This document shows positions 1 to 13,100 of a stretch of 64,000 nt of DNA, piece after piece (within the stretch, counting starts at the first letter, position 1; each line of letters opens with the position of its first letter). The translations under genes were made by a program, and so were the position numbers. The DNA lies in assembly GCA_040954595.2 (NCBI GenBank), contig CM082577.2, positions 9,883,846-9,947,845 on the forward strand. The letters are read 5' to 3'. The stretch comes from Balanoglossus misakiensis. Lineage: Eukaryota; Animalia; Hemichordata. The notes under the pieces are model-generated. The model ran no database searches and was not told the origin of the DNA. It was given only the letters and a program-made list of their open reading frames with translations.

Positions 1-1437
1 TCATTATTTACCGTCACAGCAAACGGATCTGAGATGTAATCTTCAAGCCATCTGCGTTCTCATCACTTATTGAGTGCCTTTTACGGGAGATTATCAGCCA
101 AACGTCGCTAAAATAGAAAAAAAATATCGTGCAATCTTTCCACTCTGCACTCCTCATACAGGTCACGTGATGAACGATAACAATGTTTGTCGTATATCTG
201 GCATGGTGGAGAACGCTTTGCGCAAACATTACTTTATTTATATACTTGTGGTGTTACACTGCAGCACCGGTTGGAGCAGGTCTAGAACTTTCCGACACAC
301 CCCGGCACATCTTTGCAAAATAACAAAGTGAAACCCGGGCGGACAGCGGACACATCTGGCGAAAACGCGCGTGGGAGTGGTAGGTATTCCACCGGGCCAA
401 TTAACGGTTGTTTGCTTGGCTGGGCAGACATGTCACGTGGTAATTTGCTTACCTTGCCTTGTGCTGATGATCGTTGTTTTGATGTCGTATTGTGTAATAT
501 GGCCACCCCCTGAAGAGATTTGCGAAATGTGGCTTCCCCGTAAAGGACATTTGTGTCAAATATGACCTCAATGTCTCCGACCCAACCCCTGTGATAATTG
601 CAAGCTATGTTGATGCAGCAATTTCTGCATTCGCCGCACAGACCACTGCCCACGGTAAAAAAACACGAGTCGTGGACATCGTGGGAGTATGTAATATTGA
701 ATACTTGCATGCATCTTTATAACGCGTCAGGGTCTCCAAGAGCCCCCCCCCCCCTCCCCACGGCCCGACAAACTTCACCCGTTCAAAATAGTATACCTTT
801 GTGAGACCTCTGAAGTGAGGTGCTTTAAAGTAGGCGACGGGGTCGGCTGGAGATCGAATTTTATGTACCCTTCTTCTTCTGCTGCCTTGATTGGTGCAGA
901 ATACCAGAAGGGTATCTTTGCCCAATCCGTACACCTGGTAATTTGCATGGTGCATGGACGCTGTCGCAATTGCCGTTTTTTGTATCTGTCTCTTGGGCCT
1001 GCTTATGAATATTGGACCTGTTTTGATGTCATACCGGAACAACACCAAGTGGGTCAGACCTTCTCGACGTACTCCTTAAAAAAACAGTGCGAAAACCACA
1101 CCGTTACGCACAGTCGCAGGAAAATGTACTGGAGCGGAGGGGGGAGGGTCCCACTGGCGCAATTAAAATGTGTTTGCTTGGCGAGAAAGACATGTTATGT
1201 ATGTAGGATTCTTCTTGGAACTATACATGCGAAAAGTCATTCATTCCCTCGCCGCCAGGTTATTTTCAGTGATTTTTTTTACAGTATTTCGCAGTTATAC
1301 TAGTAACAGCACCGACTTCACAAACAACTTACGACACGTGTCTGTGCCAGTTAATTACCAACATTTGTACATCGTCGTTTCTGTTGTAAGTTTACAGTGA
1401 ATTTTTGTTATCGCTCAAAAGTTCTCAGAGAATCATT

Positions 1438-1806
1438 TTAAAGGCACGTAAGCTGTAACTTTTGGGATAATTTTCATAATTTTTGTTTCAAACTGCACTA
1501 CCATTAGTCCATGCAGATGAAGGCAGTGAACTACATTGTATACACAAGCATTATAAACCCTATATATATAGGCATATGCAATGTACACCACTGTGACATC
1601 AGATTTTCATTTTTCATTGCAATATTGCACTTTATTTTAAATTGCAGGAATTTTCGTTTTTCTTTAATTTTTGGCGATTTTGTCATAAATAAGTGTTGAG
1701 CTTGATATATTATCATGAAATAGCATTTAATAGACATAATTAAAAGCATATATGAGATTATTTAAAACTTTAATTTTTTATCCAGTTGCAGCTTACGTGC
1801 CTTTAA
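1438..1806. mobile_element. Non-autonomous TIR element (MITE-like) bounded by TTAA
   Basis: Left end ttaaaggcacgtaagctgtaact (1438-1460) and right end agttgcagcttacgtgcctttaa (1784-1806) are a 23-bp inverted repeat with 1 mismatch. The interior is AT-rich and non-coding. Confidence 0.75.
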
Positions 1807-2488
1807 TGTCTCTTGTATTATAGTGTTCGTTATAGGTCATTGGCAGATGTAGCATAATCGCAGACCCTGGTGTCAAAACATCGCGTTTGGCAAAAATCCC
1901 CAACCTGTCATCTCCCGGATTATCAGTCAGATTATTATCTGTTTTCACGATACTCTGCATTTCCCTTGTTTAGCCTATATTGCATCAAGCGGTCATTCAA
2001 CCTGATATAAAAAAAGAAAAGTCAACACTGTCCTTGTCGACGTTCACACCCAGTTGATTTTTAGTCTGTTATCACGATACTCAACATCACCGTGACAGAA
2101 TCTGCGAGATCCTTTAATTTTACTGCGTCTTAGCGGTCGTTCAACCTATACGAGAAGGCCTCGTCGACGCTCGCGCCCCGTGGCGAGATCACAAGGATGA
2201 TTTCGCCGTCCTTTTCCCCTTGCTTTCAAGAATACCCAACTCCCCGAGACAGATATAAATAACCACTCCACACCTTTCCAATCCGGCAACTTCCTGAGAG
2301 ACAAGTGTAAGGCGAGGTGTGAATCTAATGAGTGCATTGTACCAAATCATAAACACACACCTGGAAATATAGTCTGGGTGATGAATGTATAAAAAAACGA
2401 TTGTGCAACTGTGCAAAATATTTTGCATCGACTGCACATTTTTTTAGCTCACGTGCCCACGTGCGTGAGCTAATAACGTGAGCTAATA

Positions 2489-2696
2489 GTGTCTGTATGT
2501 CTGCCTGTCTGCCTGCTTGTTTGTCTCTCTGTCTGCCTGCCTGCCTGTCTCTCTGTCTGCCTGCCTGTCTGTCTGCCTGTCTGTCTGTCTGTCCGTCTAT
2601 CTCTCTGTCTGCCTGCCTGCCTGTCTGTCTGCCTCTCTGTCTGCCTGCCTGTCTGTCTGTCCGTCTGTCTCCCTGCCTGCCTGCCTGTCTGCCTGC

Positions 2697-2728
<32 letters not shown>

Positions 2729-2905
2729 CTCTCTGTCTGCCTGCCTGCCTGTTTGTCTGTCTCTCTGTCTGCATGCCTGCCTGTTTGTCTGTCTCTCTGT
2801 CTGCCTGCCTGTCTGTCTGTCCGTCTGTCTCTCTGCCTGCCTGCCTGCCTCTCTGTATCTCTGTCTGCTTGCCTGCCTCTTTATCTGTCTCTCTGTCTGC
2901 CTGTC
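2489..2905. repeat. Compound (CTGT/CTGC)n tetranucleotide microsatellite
   Basis: Imperfect run of gtct/gcct/ctct units; it explains the SVCL/QTDR-type ORFs here. Confidence 0.95.
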
Positions 2906-5900
2906 TAGCAAATAATTGAAATGTTGGGAGGACTATCATTTTTTTCTGAAAATGTTACTTAAATACCACTCATTAGAGTGAAAGTAACTGAAATACATTC
3001 ACAGGAATGGCTTAGAAACTCCTTTGATCTGAACGATTAAAATTGTTATGCTTATGAACACAAATAAAAAATACTGTTTTATTTTATTTAGTTGCAGTAA
3101 AGTCACAGCTAATTAAGTTGAGAAAAAATTACGTGATATATACTTGGCCTATCGCAACGATGTGGTGTACGTACGATATGTCTTTTCATAATTGCATGAG
3201 TTACGGCGTTGTGTTTCGATGTTGGATGATAGAGGTTTTATGAGCACTCATTTCAGACAAATTCATATTTCATATAGTCGTAAAGCGACCATATGTACGG
3301 TAGACGCGTCTCCATCCGCGGTGCCATAGTGTGGCAGGTACAGGGCGAGTGGGTCTGTCCGGGTCACTCTATCGATCAATTTTCCAGCGTCTCGTTTGCT
3401 CTGCTCACTTCGTTATGTTTTGTCAGACACTCGATAACCTTGCGAATGTCATTTTCGGTCGTCGACAATCAGTCAGTGGCTTGTCCTTGCAAGCAAGCCA
3501 AGTATATAAACAAAGGTGGTAAAAAATAAAGAAAAAAAGTGACATTGAAAAAATAACTGTTAATTGGATATTTATTATGGTTATTTGCGCAAGGAAAGGG
3601 CAGGTGAAGTGTTATCAATAGTGACACACGTCGACTTTTCGACCGCCAAAGATGTTATTAAATCTGTGTATTTTCCAATCTTTCCTTCCCCAATACACCG
3701 TCCATTCACCTCGTGAGCGGTAGCATCACATGGTGTTATGATAGTGAAGCGACGGGATATCAACATAATCTGCGAAAACAGGGTTTATCAAATATGTATT
3801 GAGTACACGGCCCGGCAGAACAACATATTATCGGTGCACACGGCTGTTGGACTGTAATAAATTTGGGATGGTCGTTAGTATCATATTACGAGCAAAAAAT
3901 AAACAATTAAAATATAACTGAAAATGGGCTGTATGAAATAAATGTTTAAAGTCGTTTTTGTGTGTGTCAGATTATGTTAACAGCATAATACTCCAGGGGA
4001 CCAGGGGAAAAAACGCCCCATCGCTTACAAGTTATAACGTGCATTGCACAATCAGGTCACAGAGGATTACGTTCTCATTAAATCCTGTTTAGGCGGGAGG
4101 AAGCGGTGTGAGTGGTAATAACAAAACGAAACGCCATGATATATATTGATTTTTACGAAGGTGTCATCAATCCAAGAGGCACACGTTTTTATATAGGCCT
4201 GTAATTGTTGTCATTTCGACTTTTGGTTTTTGACTGAGCACCCGGGGTTCACCTTGAAACCGTTAAATTTGGGACGATCTCAGATCCAGGGTATCACTTG
4301 GATTGAAAGTGAGAGCCGTGACAATGTGAGGATATCTTTAAAAGTGAGAATGGCGACACTACAACGGTAAATGTTTCGCGCATTTGGCGGGAACGCCATG
4401 TTGCCGTGGCAACCGTCACCTTCCCTGCAGCGAGAAACGCTGTTCTCGACGAGCGTTTAAAGAAATGGGATTCCAGCTTTATTAATTAGCGCTCGACTTC
4501 ACCCAGTGCCAAGTTTAAATGCCAATATCGCGTTTACCTATATACTAGTGACAATAGAATGCTCAGCCGTGTGAGTGTGATTTTATTCTGTACATTTTCA
4601 CGCTTGTTTGATCGTGTACGCCTCCGGATCCGCGTTCTTCTGAGTCACGGCCGATTGAGTTATTTCGGTGGCTTGGACGCATCCTTGTAACGGGCAACTC
4701 CCTTGAACTTGGATAAAAATAGCAATTATAGTACACCTCCTTTGAACTTTGATGCGAAGCGCGGGAGTTGCTTGGAACGTTAACCGGAACGTTAACCTCG
4801 TTACTCTATTCATTCCCGCCGTGCTGGTCGACCTTCGGCGCGAAACACGTGACGGCAACCTGGTCAAACTGCTGCAGTGTTTGCAAGGAGTTCCGGTGAG
4901 AACGCACAGATCCAGTGCGAATCGGGGGAAGACTTACAGGCGCAGTATACAGCCACTGCAGAAAATGTTGCCCATAATTAGCCGCTAATGAAATGCCGTA
5001 GCAAACATTTCGGCTTGTTTGACGTCAAAAGTCGCCGGTGTGGCGATGGAACGGGAGACGAATCTGGGAGATGTGCGAAATATGCGAGATGATTGCAAAT
5101 GCATTGATTGTTGCACCTTCAATGTGCAGTGTGTGGAAAAACCGTCATATTTTTTTCTAAAATTCTGGCTGATAATGATACAGGAGTATGCCAATCATGT
5201 ACATGTATATACATGTACGGGGAACTCCATGGGTAAACCGTCATTCGTAAAACTTTATATAGATATATTGTAATTAAAGTATGTAATTATTCTTTGCAAA
5301 TCTCTAACTTAAAAACATCTTCCATTTTCAAGTGTATCTTGGATTATTCCTTCATTTATATTTCTGCAATTTGCAAAACGGTCACGTGACAAACGCCAAT
5401 GGGTGACACAGCAGGATATCATCATGCCGTCCTTAATAGTAGACCTACATTTAAAAAATTGTAGTTTGTTTTATTCGGCGGTGTTCTAGATAAATACTTG
5501 CATTGGGCTCGTTGGTGTGTCCTTCCAGCCGAGACAGAAAGATTGAAGATATCACGTGTATGTGTTTTTCCATGCGTGAGGTGTCCAGTGTTCGACTCCC
5601 TTTGAATGAGTTCCGTGAACGGCATCGTCTTCGATAATTGCACGATGAGAGCGGTCTGGGCTCGGGTGGCAGTGCCCACAATGCACCGCAATCCCGCCCA
5701 GCTCCTCGCCACAATCACCAATCACCTTGACAACAGCAGTGATGGCTTCACCGTGATAACGATCTGTACGAGAAAACTTCCGTGCCATCAACATATCTTA
5801 CTGACGCGGGAATGGCGATAAAAACACCCGACACAAAACTTTATCTTACAAGATTGGAATTTGTTGAGCGAGATTCGCTATTAATAGAATAAAACTTTTA

Positions 5901-7124
5901 TCTCCTGCAATGTCGTCTGTTGATCTACCAAACTATGCATTACACAACCAACCAGTGAAAAAATATCTGCCACGATCTCATTTCCGCGTGAAATAAACAA
6001 AAAAAATCGGTGAATAATCTTCAACAGACGCTGGAAACAATTTTGATCTGTTTACTATCAGGAAATCAGACAAGGCTCGCATTAGGTTCATCACGTGTTC
6101 GTGTCTTCCAAGGACGCGGGCAAAATCAGAAAACATTAGGACAATCAAGATGTATTTTTTGAGGCAATATTTTAAAAGCTTGTCCGTATCGCCGCGGTTC
6201 CCGCATTCACTTCAAAATAACAAGTTGCACGTCGCAAGAGCGCAGAAACAATGACTGTCATTGGATCCCGCAGCAAATGATCCGTGGCAATGGATTTTTT
6301 TGCGCTTGGTAAGCGATCTTGGCGCCTATATACATGTACCTCTGGGAATCATTTGTCCTACTGCAGTGGGCGACTCAAAACACCCGTTGTCTGGTCACGT
6401 AATTTGTTTTCCTGATATCCTCGGTTCACGCGTACTTTTATGAATGGCGCATACACATCGATCGACGGCTATCAGGTTGTACCCAGAGTCGAGCGATATG
6501 GCAACATTTGGGCAATTTGTGCGCCAGAGAGAGAGTCAAAAATGTGGTCACGACGTGAGATTGCAATGCGATACCGATCAAACTTCATGTAATAATCCCT
6601 CTAACGTGCATGCATTCATACCGAAATCGACAGGTTGCGGCGAACTGGCATTTAAAGGCTGCGCGCAGTCTCAACTTCACAATGTTCAGTATTCGTTTCA
6701 AACGAATGTGATGCAGCATTATACGCGCAGGTTTCCCACCACTAAATAAATTTGATATACGTGTATAGTCACGAATGTAGTGTCTAAGAGAAAAGGGTAT
6801 ACAGTATTTAAAGCACGCCAAGATTTTCTTGACAAAAACTTTATTTTGTGCACGTTGATCTCGCCAATGTTTTGTGAGTTTCAAGCAGCGGATTAATTTT
6901 AAAATGGTCAAATGCCAAACAGCATGCATCGGACTGTAGATAATTGTGTGTAATTGCCATAAACATTGATTTCTGTTCACGTATAGATTCTACTGTGCCC
7001 AAATTTTGAAATGAGTATTGTCAAGCTTGTAAGTCGAAAAATGTTCGTTTCATGCCAGCCTTCATGAACCGTGGGCCATGGTCACACATTATCAATTTAC
7101 GTGTAATGTCGTTATGACACCCTT

Positions 7125-7456
7125 TAAAGCCTCTATAGCTGCCAAATTTCGCATATTTTTTCCAGAATAAAAAAACTTCAAATATATTCCCTATCCGCTA
7201 AATTCCTCACAATTAAGCCATATTACTTGCATTTGCATCAGTTTGTCATCTCGTAACGAGGCATACCACGATAGCTGCGTACTGTTTGTGTAAATCGGTG
7301 CGGCACCGTTTTAATACGTAACATGTTCAAATTGCAACACGCAGTTACAATCGAGCATCGATAAGGTGTTCATGTATACCTATCAGTAAGCTTCTTTAGA
7401 CGGACCAAATTTAAGTCGTGAACATAATGCAAAAAGTGGCAGCTCTAGAGGCTTTA
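7125..7456. mobile_element. MITE-like TIR element
   Basis: taaagcctctatagctgcca ... tggcagctctagaggcttta is a 20-bp inverted repeat with 1 mismatch; the left end overlaps a TTAA. Confidence 0.65.
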
Positions 7457-10154
7457 GGCCTAATTCGTGCGACGTGACATTCCTATTAGTCGCCATTATC
7501 TTTCATCTGACTGAGTGGCTTTTGGAGGACGGCGGAAATCGCCAACTTGAAGGAATCACCGCGAGCCATTTCTAATGAATTGAGGGGTTTTGCCTTGTCG
7601 CGGCGTGCCCTACTTCTGCGCCAGGGCCGGCTTTCCCTGGGCATTTTAAGGAGAGAGAGGGGGGGGGGGGTTGTTTCAAGGTCTTTTCACGGACTCTTGA
7701 CCATGGAGCATCGAGTATGCTCAGCACACGATAAAGGAGCTGATTTTTGCGCTGAGAACGGCAGCTCGTTTAGCTTTTTATGTACCCTGGGACTAACATC
7801 AGTCATGTTGACAGTAATGGTCGCCATATTCCGTTAATAGGGAAAATTCCCCTCCGGGAGTCACCAGTAATAATTGTTTGTTAGGGTGAGGTGGGTTTCT
7901 TGGAGGATTGATGGGGCACAGATCAATAAGATATGCATTTCATACTTAGAGATTTTCACTGTAGTGTGTGTATGGGACATTTTATACATGGATGGATTTG
8001 GTACTGTACCAATCTGATTGAAATCAGATGTAGGGCACGGCGACGTCGTTTACTTGCGCGGTACGGTAATCTTGTGCTGTCGCCATAAGAATCAGAAATC
8101 CGTATTGAATTTTTAACGCTGTTTAGGTTCGATTATTCAAAAAAGAGCTGCATTAATATTCACAACGGCGTCATCTGTAGAAATTGTCTAACTGTAGCGC
8201 CAGGCATCTCTCTTAAATGGTCTTGCAACGATCTCTCACGGTTGAGAGGAGTAACTTTTCATTTACTTGTTTGAAGTCCGAACAAAGGAAAATATTCAAC
8301 TTGAAGCTGTCATCAGATATCCACGTGGCTACGATCACAGCGCCGCAAAAGAGTTTTGAACCTCGTATTGATGTGCTTACGAACTGAGGTTCACGTATCC
8401 CGACAGCAACACACGTGCATGAAGACATCAAGGTGTCATTTTACATTCATTCAAACTTCATTTCCGTGTATTCTATAAGGATTACCATCTGGGCATGATG
8501 CGCATCCCTTGAGACTTTCAGCATTAAAGGTGAACGACTGGTTGGACTTCAAAAGTCTCCCTGCGTCATCTTTAAGTTAGTTAATGTTAATATACCGTGG
8601 TTTTATCACAGCACGAGTCTCGTCTGGCAGAGATACAATTCAAAATCGTCTAATTAATTAATTGAAATCCAGATTGACCGTCAATGGTGGCTATTAAAAA
8701 GTGACAACGCGAATGTTTAGCTGTGATTGTGGGTCTCTCTCCGTCTCTAGATCTGTCTGTCAGTGTGTGTCTGCCTGCCTGCCTGCCTGCCCACCCGCCC
8801 ATCTGTCTGTCTTCCCCCTCCCTCTCAAAGGTGGTCAGGTTCATTCCAACCTGGCCCAGATGTGCCGTCTAAAAGAGGTAAATGGGGCGCAATCAACACT
8901 GAACAGCACAACACACCTGCCACCTGCCAATGGGCGTCCGGCCCGCCCCGAGAAGGTTTGTGTGGGACGTGAATCAAGTGATTCGCATGCGGTCGCCGTG
9001 TCCTATACCCCCGAGTCGAACATAACGTATATATCACATCTGATGAGTGTTGCAGTGATGGCAAAATGTTTGCTTAAATATCATGTAGCACGCGGTTGTC
9101 AGATGCAGTGTTCTGAATGTTAATTTGGTGCGTTCAGGTGTGATGGTTTTGAACATTGTCCAAAAGTTTCTACTGCATTCGGCGTTCCGCATACGTCGGG
9201 AATGGATAGAGCTTTTGTATATATAATGCAACTCCTATTGAAAACAAATTTAATATGGTTACAGCATCATTTGCATACTTGCGAAAAGTAAACTGAAAGA
9301 ATTGTTTTCGATGAAAAGACAATTAACGTTTTCTCTGTGTTTTACTCAGTGGTGGTGCAAGGGCTCAATTACTATAGGTAATGCACGTCATAGACTGTCT
9401 ATTATGCACAGTCACTTGGGACATGTAATCAAATGTGACCTTTTTATGATGACGGCATAGAAAGACAGAGTCGTACATTATGTGGCTGGTAATTACAAAA
9501 AAACACCGTCGAGTTCATCATAATTTGGGACGAATACGCACCAGGTTATATATCAAGGGACCTGTGCATCAGCGGCTTCTAAGTATTGTTCCCAAATGCA
9601 ACTTGATTATTATTGCATATTTAGTCACGGTGGGAATCTGGTTCATGTTATCTATCAGGAACTGACCACTACATTTCGAATCAATTGAACATGTGAATGC
9701 TGAAAGATTTTTGATTAGCCAACTTTTTCTTCTTCCAAAGTGGCAAAAATGTCAGAGAAATACAGAACATATAGGCCTATTGCAGATTCCGACACAATCC
9801 TCGGGATGCACACACCAAATTTCAAAGCGATCAGGCATACGAATTAAAAAAAAGACAAAAATGCCCAAAAATACAAAATTACGGATTTTATCAAGATTTT
9901 GACGAACTGACTTTAATAGATAATTTCTGGCGACCCGTGTACCAACAAATTAATATCGAAATGGCTTCTGACCGAAAGAAAATCAATTGTCGACGGACGG
10001 ACGACGATGGACAATCAGCCTATCTGGTATTTGATAAGAAAACTGTAGGTGTACGCTGTCCGCCTCAAGGATGACTTGTTTGTCAATCTAGAACCAGTTG
10101 ATCCTCGTTATGCAATTAAAGCGGGCGTTGGTGATACTGGTGTCCTAGTTCAAA

Positions 10155-13100
10155 ATGTCAACGTTCAATTTTCCGTCCGCCCTCGTCACGACGTTAATGT
10201 GCCTGAATTGCTTCGATTGGCGCTTGGTCCACTGCCAGGACGAGGGAACGACCTTAATCACCGTACCGCAGGGGACCCTGCGCGGTATTAAATCGCCGAT
10301 TACCGCCGGCTTGCGCGTCAATCGGTTCGGCAAGGTCCCCTATGCCTCCCCACCCACGGGCGACTTGAGATTCCGCGCCCCGAGCGGGAGGCCCTCGTGG
10401 GAGGGCGTGTGGGACGCGACGCGCATCGGACCGGCGTGCCCCCAGGCCGGCTGGAACCTGACCAGCTTGCTTCCCATGCTGCCGCCTGACCGCACGCTCC
10501 CCGACGTGGTCAGCGAAGACTGTTTACATCTCAACATCTTCGCACCTGAGGTAAGTTTAGTACCGGCGGACGATATATTAACGGCACAGTCCTTCGAAAA
10601 CCCAGCCTTGCGGTTTCAAATCCCCGTTGGTCAAATTTTACCAATTAACTGTTCAGTCACTTTAACCCACACATAACATAAAACGCAACAATCGGGAATT
10701 CACAAACGCGAGAAAAAAACACCCAAAACAAACTCGATGTTGTCTTGGCAACCACACAACTGTAAAGTAAACATTCAGACATCACTGAAATCAAATACAA
10801 GTGATAATTGCGGACGCATGCGCATGACACTGTGTAAACGACTAACATGTAACCCCAAGGACGTAGTGTGGTGATCACATAATCCTGAAGATTAGCCTTA
10901 AAATCGCACCGGTGAAAACTGTCTAAACCCAAACACAGGAAACGATGACAAAATGCATAAGCGGCATTGATAATTCGAGGAGGGTTACCGTAGCACAGAA
11001 ACCTAACCCACAATGAAAGCTGGTGATGTGTAGCTTACAAATCTGATCCAAGAGAGAGAGAGAAGGATTTAATGGGAAACGACATATCAAATTTTGCAAA
11101 AAAACCGCATGGTCTGTTATTAGTGTCTTACGCAAGATTGAAACGATCGCAACGCAGTCATTATTTAAGAACTGATCGCTCGTAATTAGTGTCTTCAGTC
11201 TGCCGCTCTGTCATTTGGTTTCCTGGGAATTGTAGTCGGTCTCGACCGATGTGAAAGCTATTACTACGTTATAAAACTGCATTTTCAAGCTACCACAATG
11301 CTGCAGTCAGGGGTTCTCTTTCATTGTCCTGATCGTAAAATAGGCTCATAAAACGTTACAGTAAATGGAAGGGGGAATGTTGTGTACCCGCGGGCGGAAA
11401 GTTTACTTTTGGAACGGGGGATCCGTATCCTTTCGTTGGTAAAGACGACAGGATATGAATCGTATTGGCCCCAGAGGCGCCATGTTGTAAAAAGAAACGT
11501 AAATTCTGCAGAAACGGAGGGAAAATTGACAATAAACGGTATAAGGAGAACACAGTAAACCCATCCTTGTGTGTAAGTCGGGCGTGTATCTGCACGTGAG
11601 TTGGTGTGCATATGTGCACGTGTTTGTGAGACCTGGGACTAGTACACCTTGTAAGGTATGTGCGTCTCATGCGAGATCAAACTTTAATTACATGTAGTTA
11701 CGCGTCGTAACTGTCCGATCAAGGGAAAACATCTTAAGGTAGCACGCGCCTCGGAGACAGATTTGCAGAAAAATGATTCAATTCTTTGCTATATTGAATC
11801 GTGTGAGTAGTCTTTTTGAAAATAAAGAAGAAAACAGTGGGTTTTCACCGCCTTGTTTTCATGAAAATCGCTGTTTTAGATTTTCTCCATAGACTTAACA
11901 CACACATTGGCGGTCATTTTGAAGTTCAAAATCGGGACAATTTGACCCAATTTTGCTTTGTCATAAATTGCACGGCGATCCCACCATTTTTTTATTAGAA
12001 ATAATAAGAGAGAATAATCTAAAGTTGGCTTTAGCAAAATATGAGAGAAAGTGTAAGACATTGATTGTCGAGGCGCATTCTACCTTAAGGCCGAAGTAAG
12101 TTCATTCATTGTTTTGCGTCTTGGTATACATTTATTGCAATGCAGACAAATTAAGCGCATCGCGACATTCACATGACATTGGCGTTTTTTATTGGCACGG
12201 ACCGATCTCAATAGGGAAAATGCCCAATTGTCCACGCCCTGCGAGAATTGAATTAGACCATCCATCTGCACGAGATTGTAAAAAAAATGTTAGTTTGATC
12301 GATCGCAAGCGCGCGAATGAAATACACAAATTGGAGAAACCCGAGCGCCGAGAGCAATTTTTTTAATGAGACGATCTGTCGAAATGGATAACTTGATGCG
12401 GCTCGAATTGACTGAGGGACGCAAATAATTTCACAGGTGTTCTAATACAAGGTACCAGCTGTGCCGACCAGCCACTGTATAGCTGAAAGTCCCCTCTCAG
12501 TTTTAGACAGACAGTTACAGATTGGCCACTCGTGTGAGTGACACGTGGTCGGTGGCATGCCGAGCGAGTGTGGCGCGTGGGACTTACAGTATTGGATTGA
12601 TTCATGGCCCAGTCGCTTAGCATCTTACATTACAGTACATGTTTTCTGGTGAAGTACGGCCTTATACGAGGACGAAGACCCCTTGCGCCATGTATCGGGC
12701 GAACTCACTTGCTGACCGAGCCCGAGTTCAAACATTGTCGTATTTCGTACACGTGCATATACTCTAATATCATTATACATGTATACCCTTCTAAGGGTTG
12801 TATGAACTGCACATTTGCGACTTCTCTGTTTATTAACGCACCGTCCACATTGTCCCCGCTGTTCAGATAGACCCTGCCGAAAAATGCATTAAATACCAAA
12901 TAAAGTAAATTGGAAATGTGATAAAAAGTAACGAACACCACTATAATCACGGCACAGCTACTAAGGCTAGATGTGAACTTGAACTGAACTTGAACTCGTA
13001 GAGGACACGGCCGTTTACACGAATACACCCCTGCATATTAATAATCCAGCGGAAGTTGCGATATAATGGTGACTAAAATTTGACTGGATTTGCCAACAAT

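Noticed and set aside
2325-2939. SVCL/QTDR repeat ORFs on both strands
   Set aside because: Microsatellite artefacts.
5580-5605. B-box-like gttcgactcc suggesting a tRNA or SINE
   Set aside because: No A box or cloverleaf could be folded around it.
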